A DNA stretch of 64,000 nt. It comes from Tubiluchus corallicola. Lineage: Eukaryota > Animalia > Priapulida. A model generated the notes under the pieces. It made no database searches and had not been told where the DNA came from. It saw only the letters and a list, made by a program, of their open reading frames with translations. Position 1 is the stretch's first letter; every line of letters begins with the position of its first letter. The stretch is taken from assembly GCA_030141605.1 (NCBI GenBank), contig JAQGDQ010000238.1, positions 186,001 to 250,000 on the forward strand, given 5' to 3'. This document shows positions 63,900 to 64,000 of this stretch, piece by piece. A program made the position numbers and the translations under genes.

Positions 63900-64000
63900 A
63901 ATGATAACAAATCTGATGAGGAAAACAAATTGCGAACATATCGAACCTTCGAGAAACAGTATCAGCTAGAAAATTATTTACTTTCTGGTTGTTTCAAATA
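63900..64000 (+). mobile_element. LINE ORF2 3' fragment inside the gene B intron
   Basis: ENKLRTYRTFEKQYQLENYLL resembles the KLRTY..FK..F..E.YL motif of L2/Crack-type elements. Confidence 0.6.

Noticed and set aside
1-64000. Conserved bilaterian microRNAs (miR-9, -124, -7, -92, -200, let-7 etc.)
   Set aside because: Only seed-length matches seen by eye, with no full mature sequence in a hairpin. A computational search could still find one.

Overview
AT-rich, repeat-littered animal (invertebrate-like) genomic DNA. The only host protein-coding genes I can support are two minus-strand hairy/HES-family bHLH-Orange-WRPW repressors about 51 kb apart. Gene A is complete: 4 exons, CDS 11075->9566, 242 aa. 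Gene B shows only its fused last exon (62614->61853); its first exons lie beyond the window end. Gene A's promoter has a vertebrate-HES1-type Su(H)/RBPJ paired site (CGTGGGAA-N16-TTCACACG), tandem N-boxes, a proneural E-box, CCAAT boxes and TATA, and both 3' UTRs carry Pumilio and AU-rich elements. Together these match the known cis-parts of a Notch-driven, self-repressing, unstable Hes oscillator. The intergenic desert holds LINE and DNA-transposon remnants, several MITE/foldback palindromes, a 28-bp satellite array (not CRISPR), candidate enhancers, and an unexplained ~200-nt GC-rich rod-like hairpin (26676-26875) with G.U-biased pairing. Most short ORFs in the track are microsatellite or chance artefacts. 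All calls were made by eye; no searches were run.
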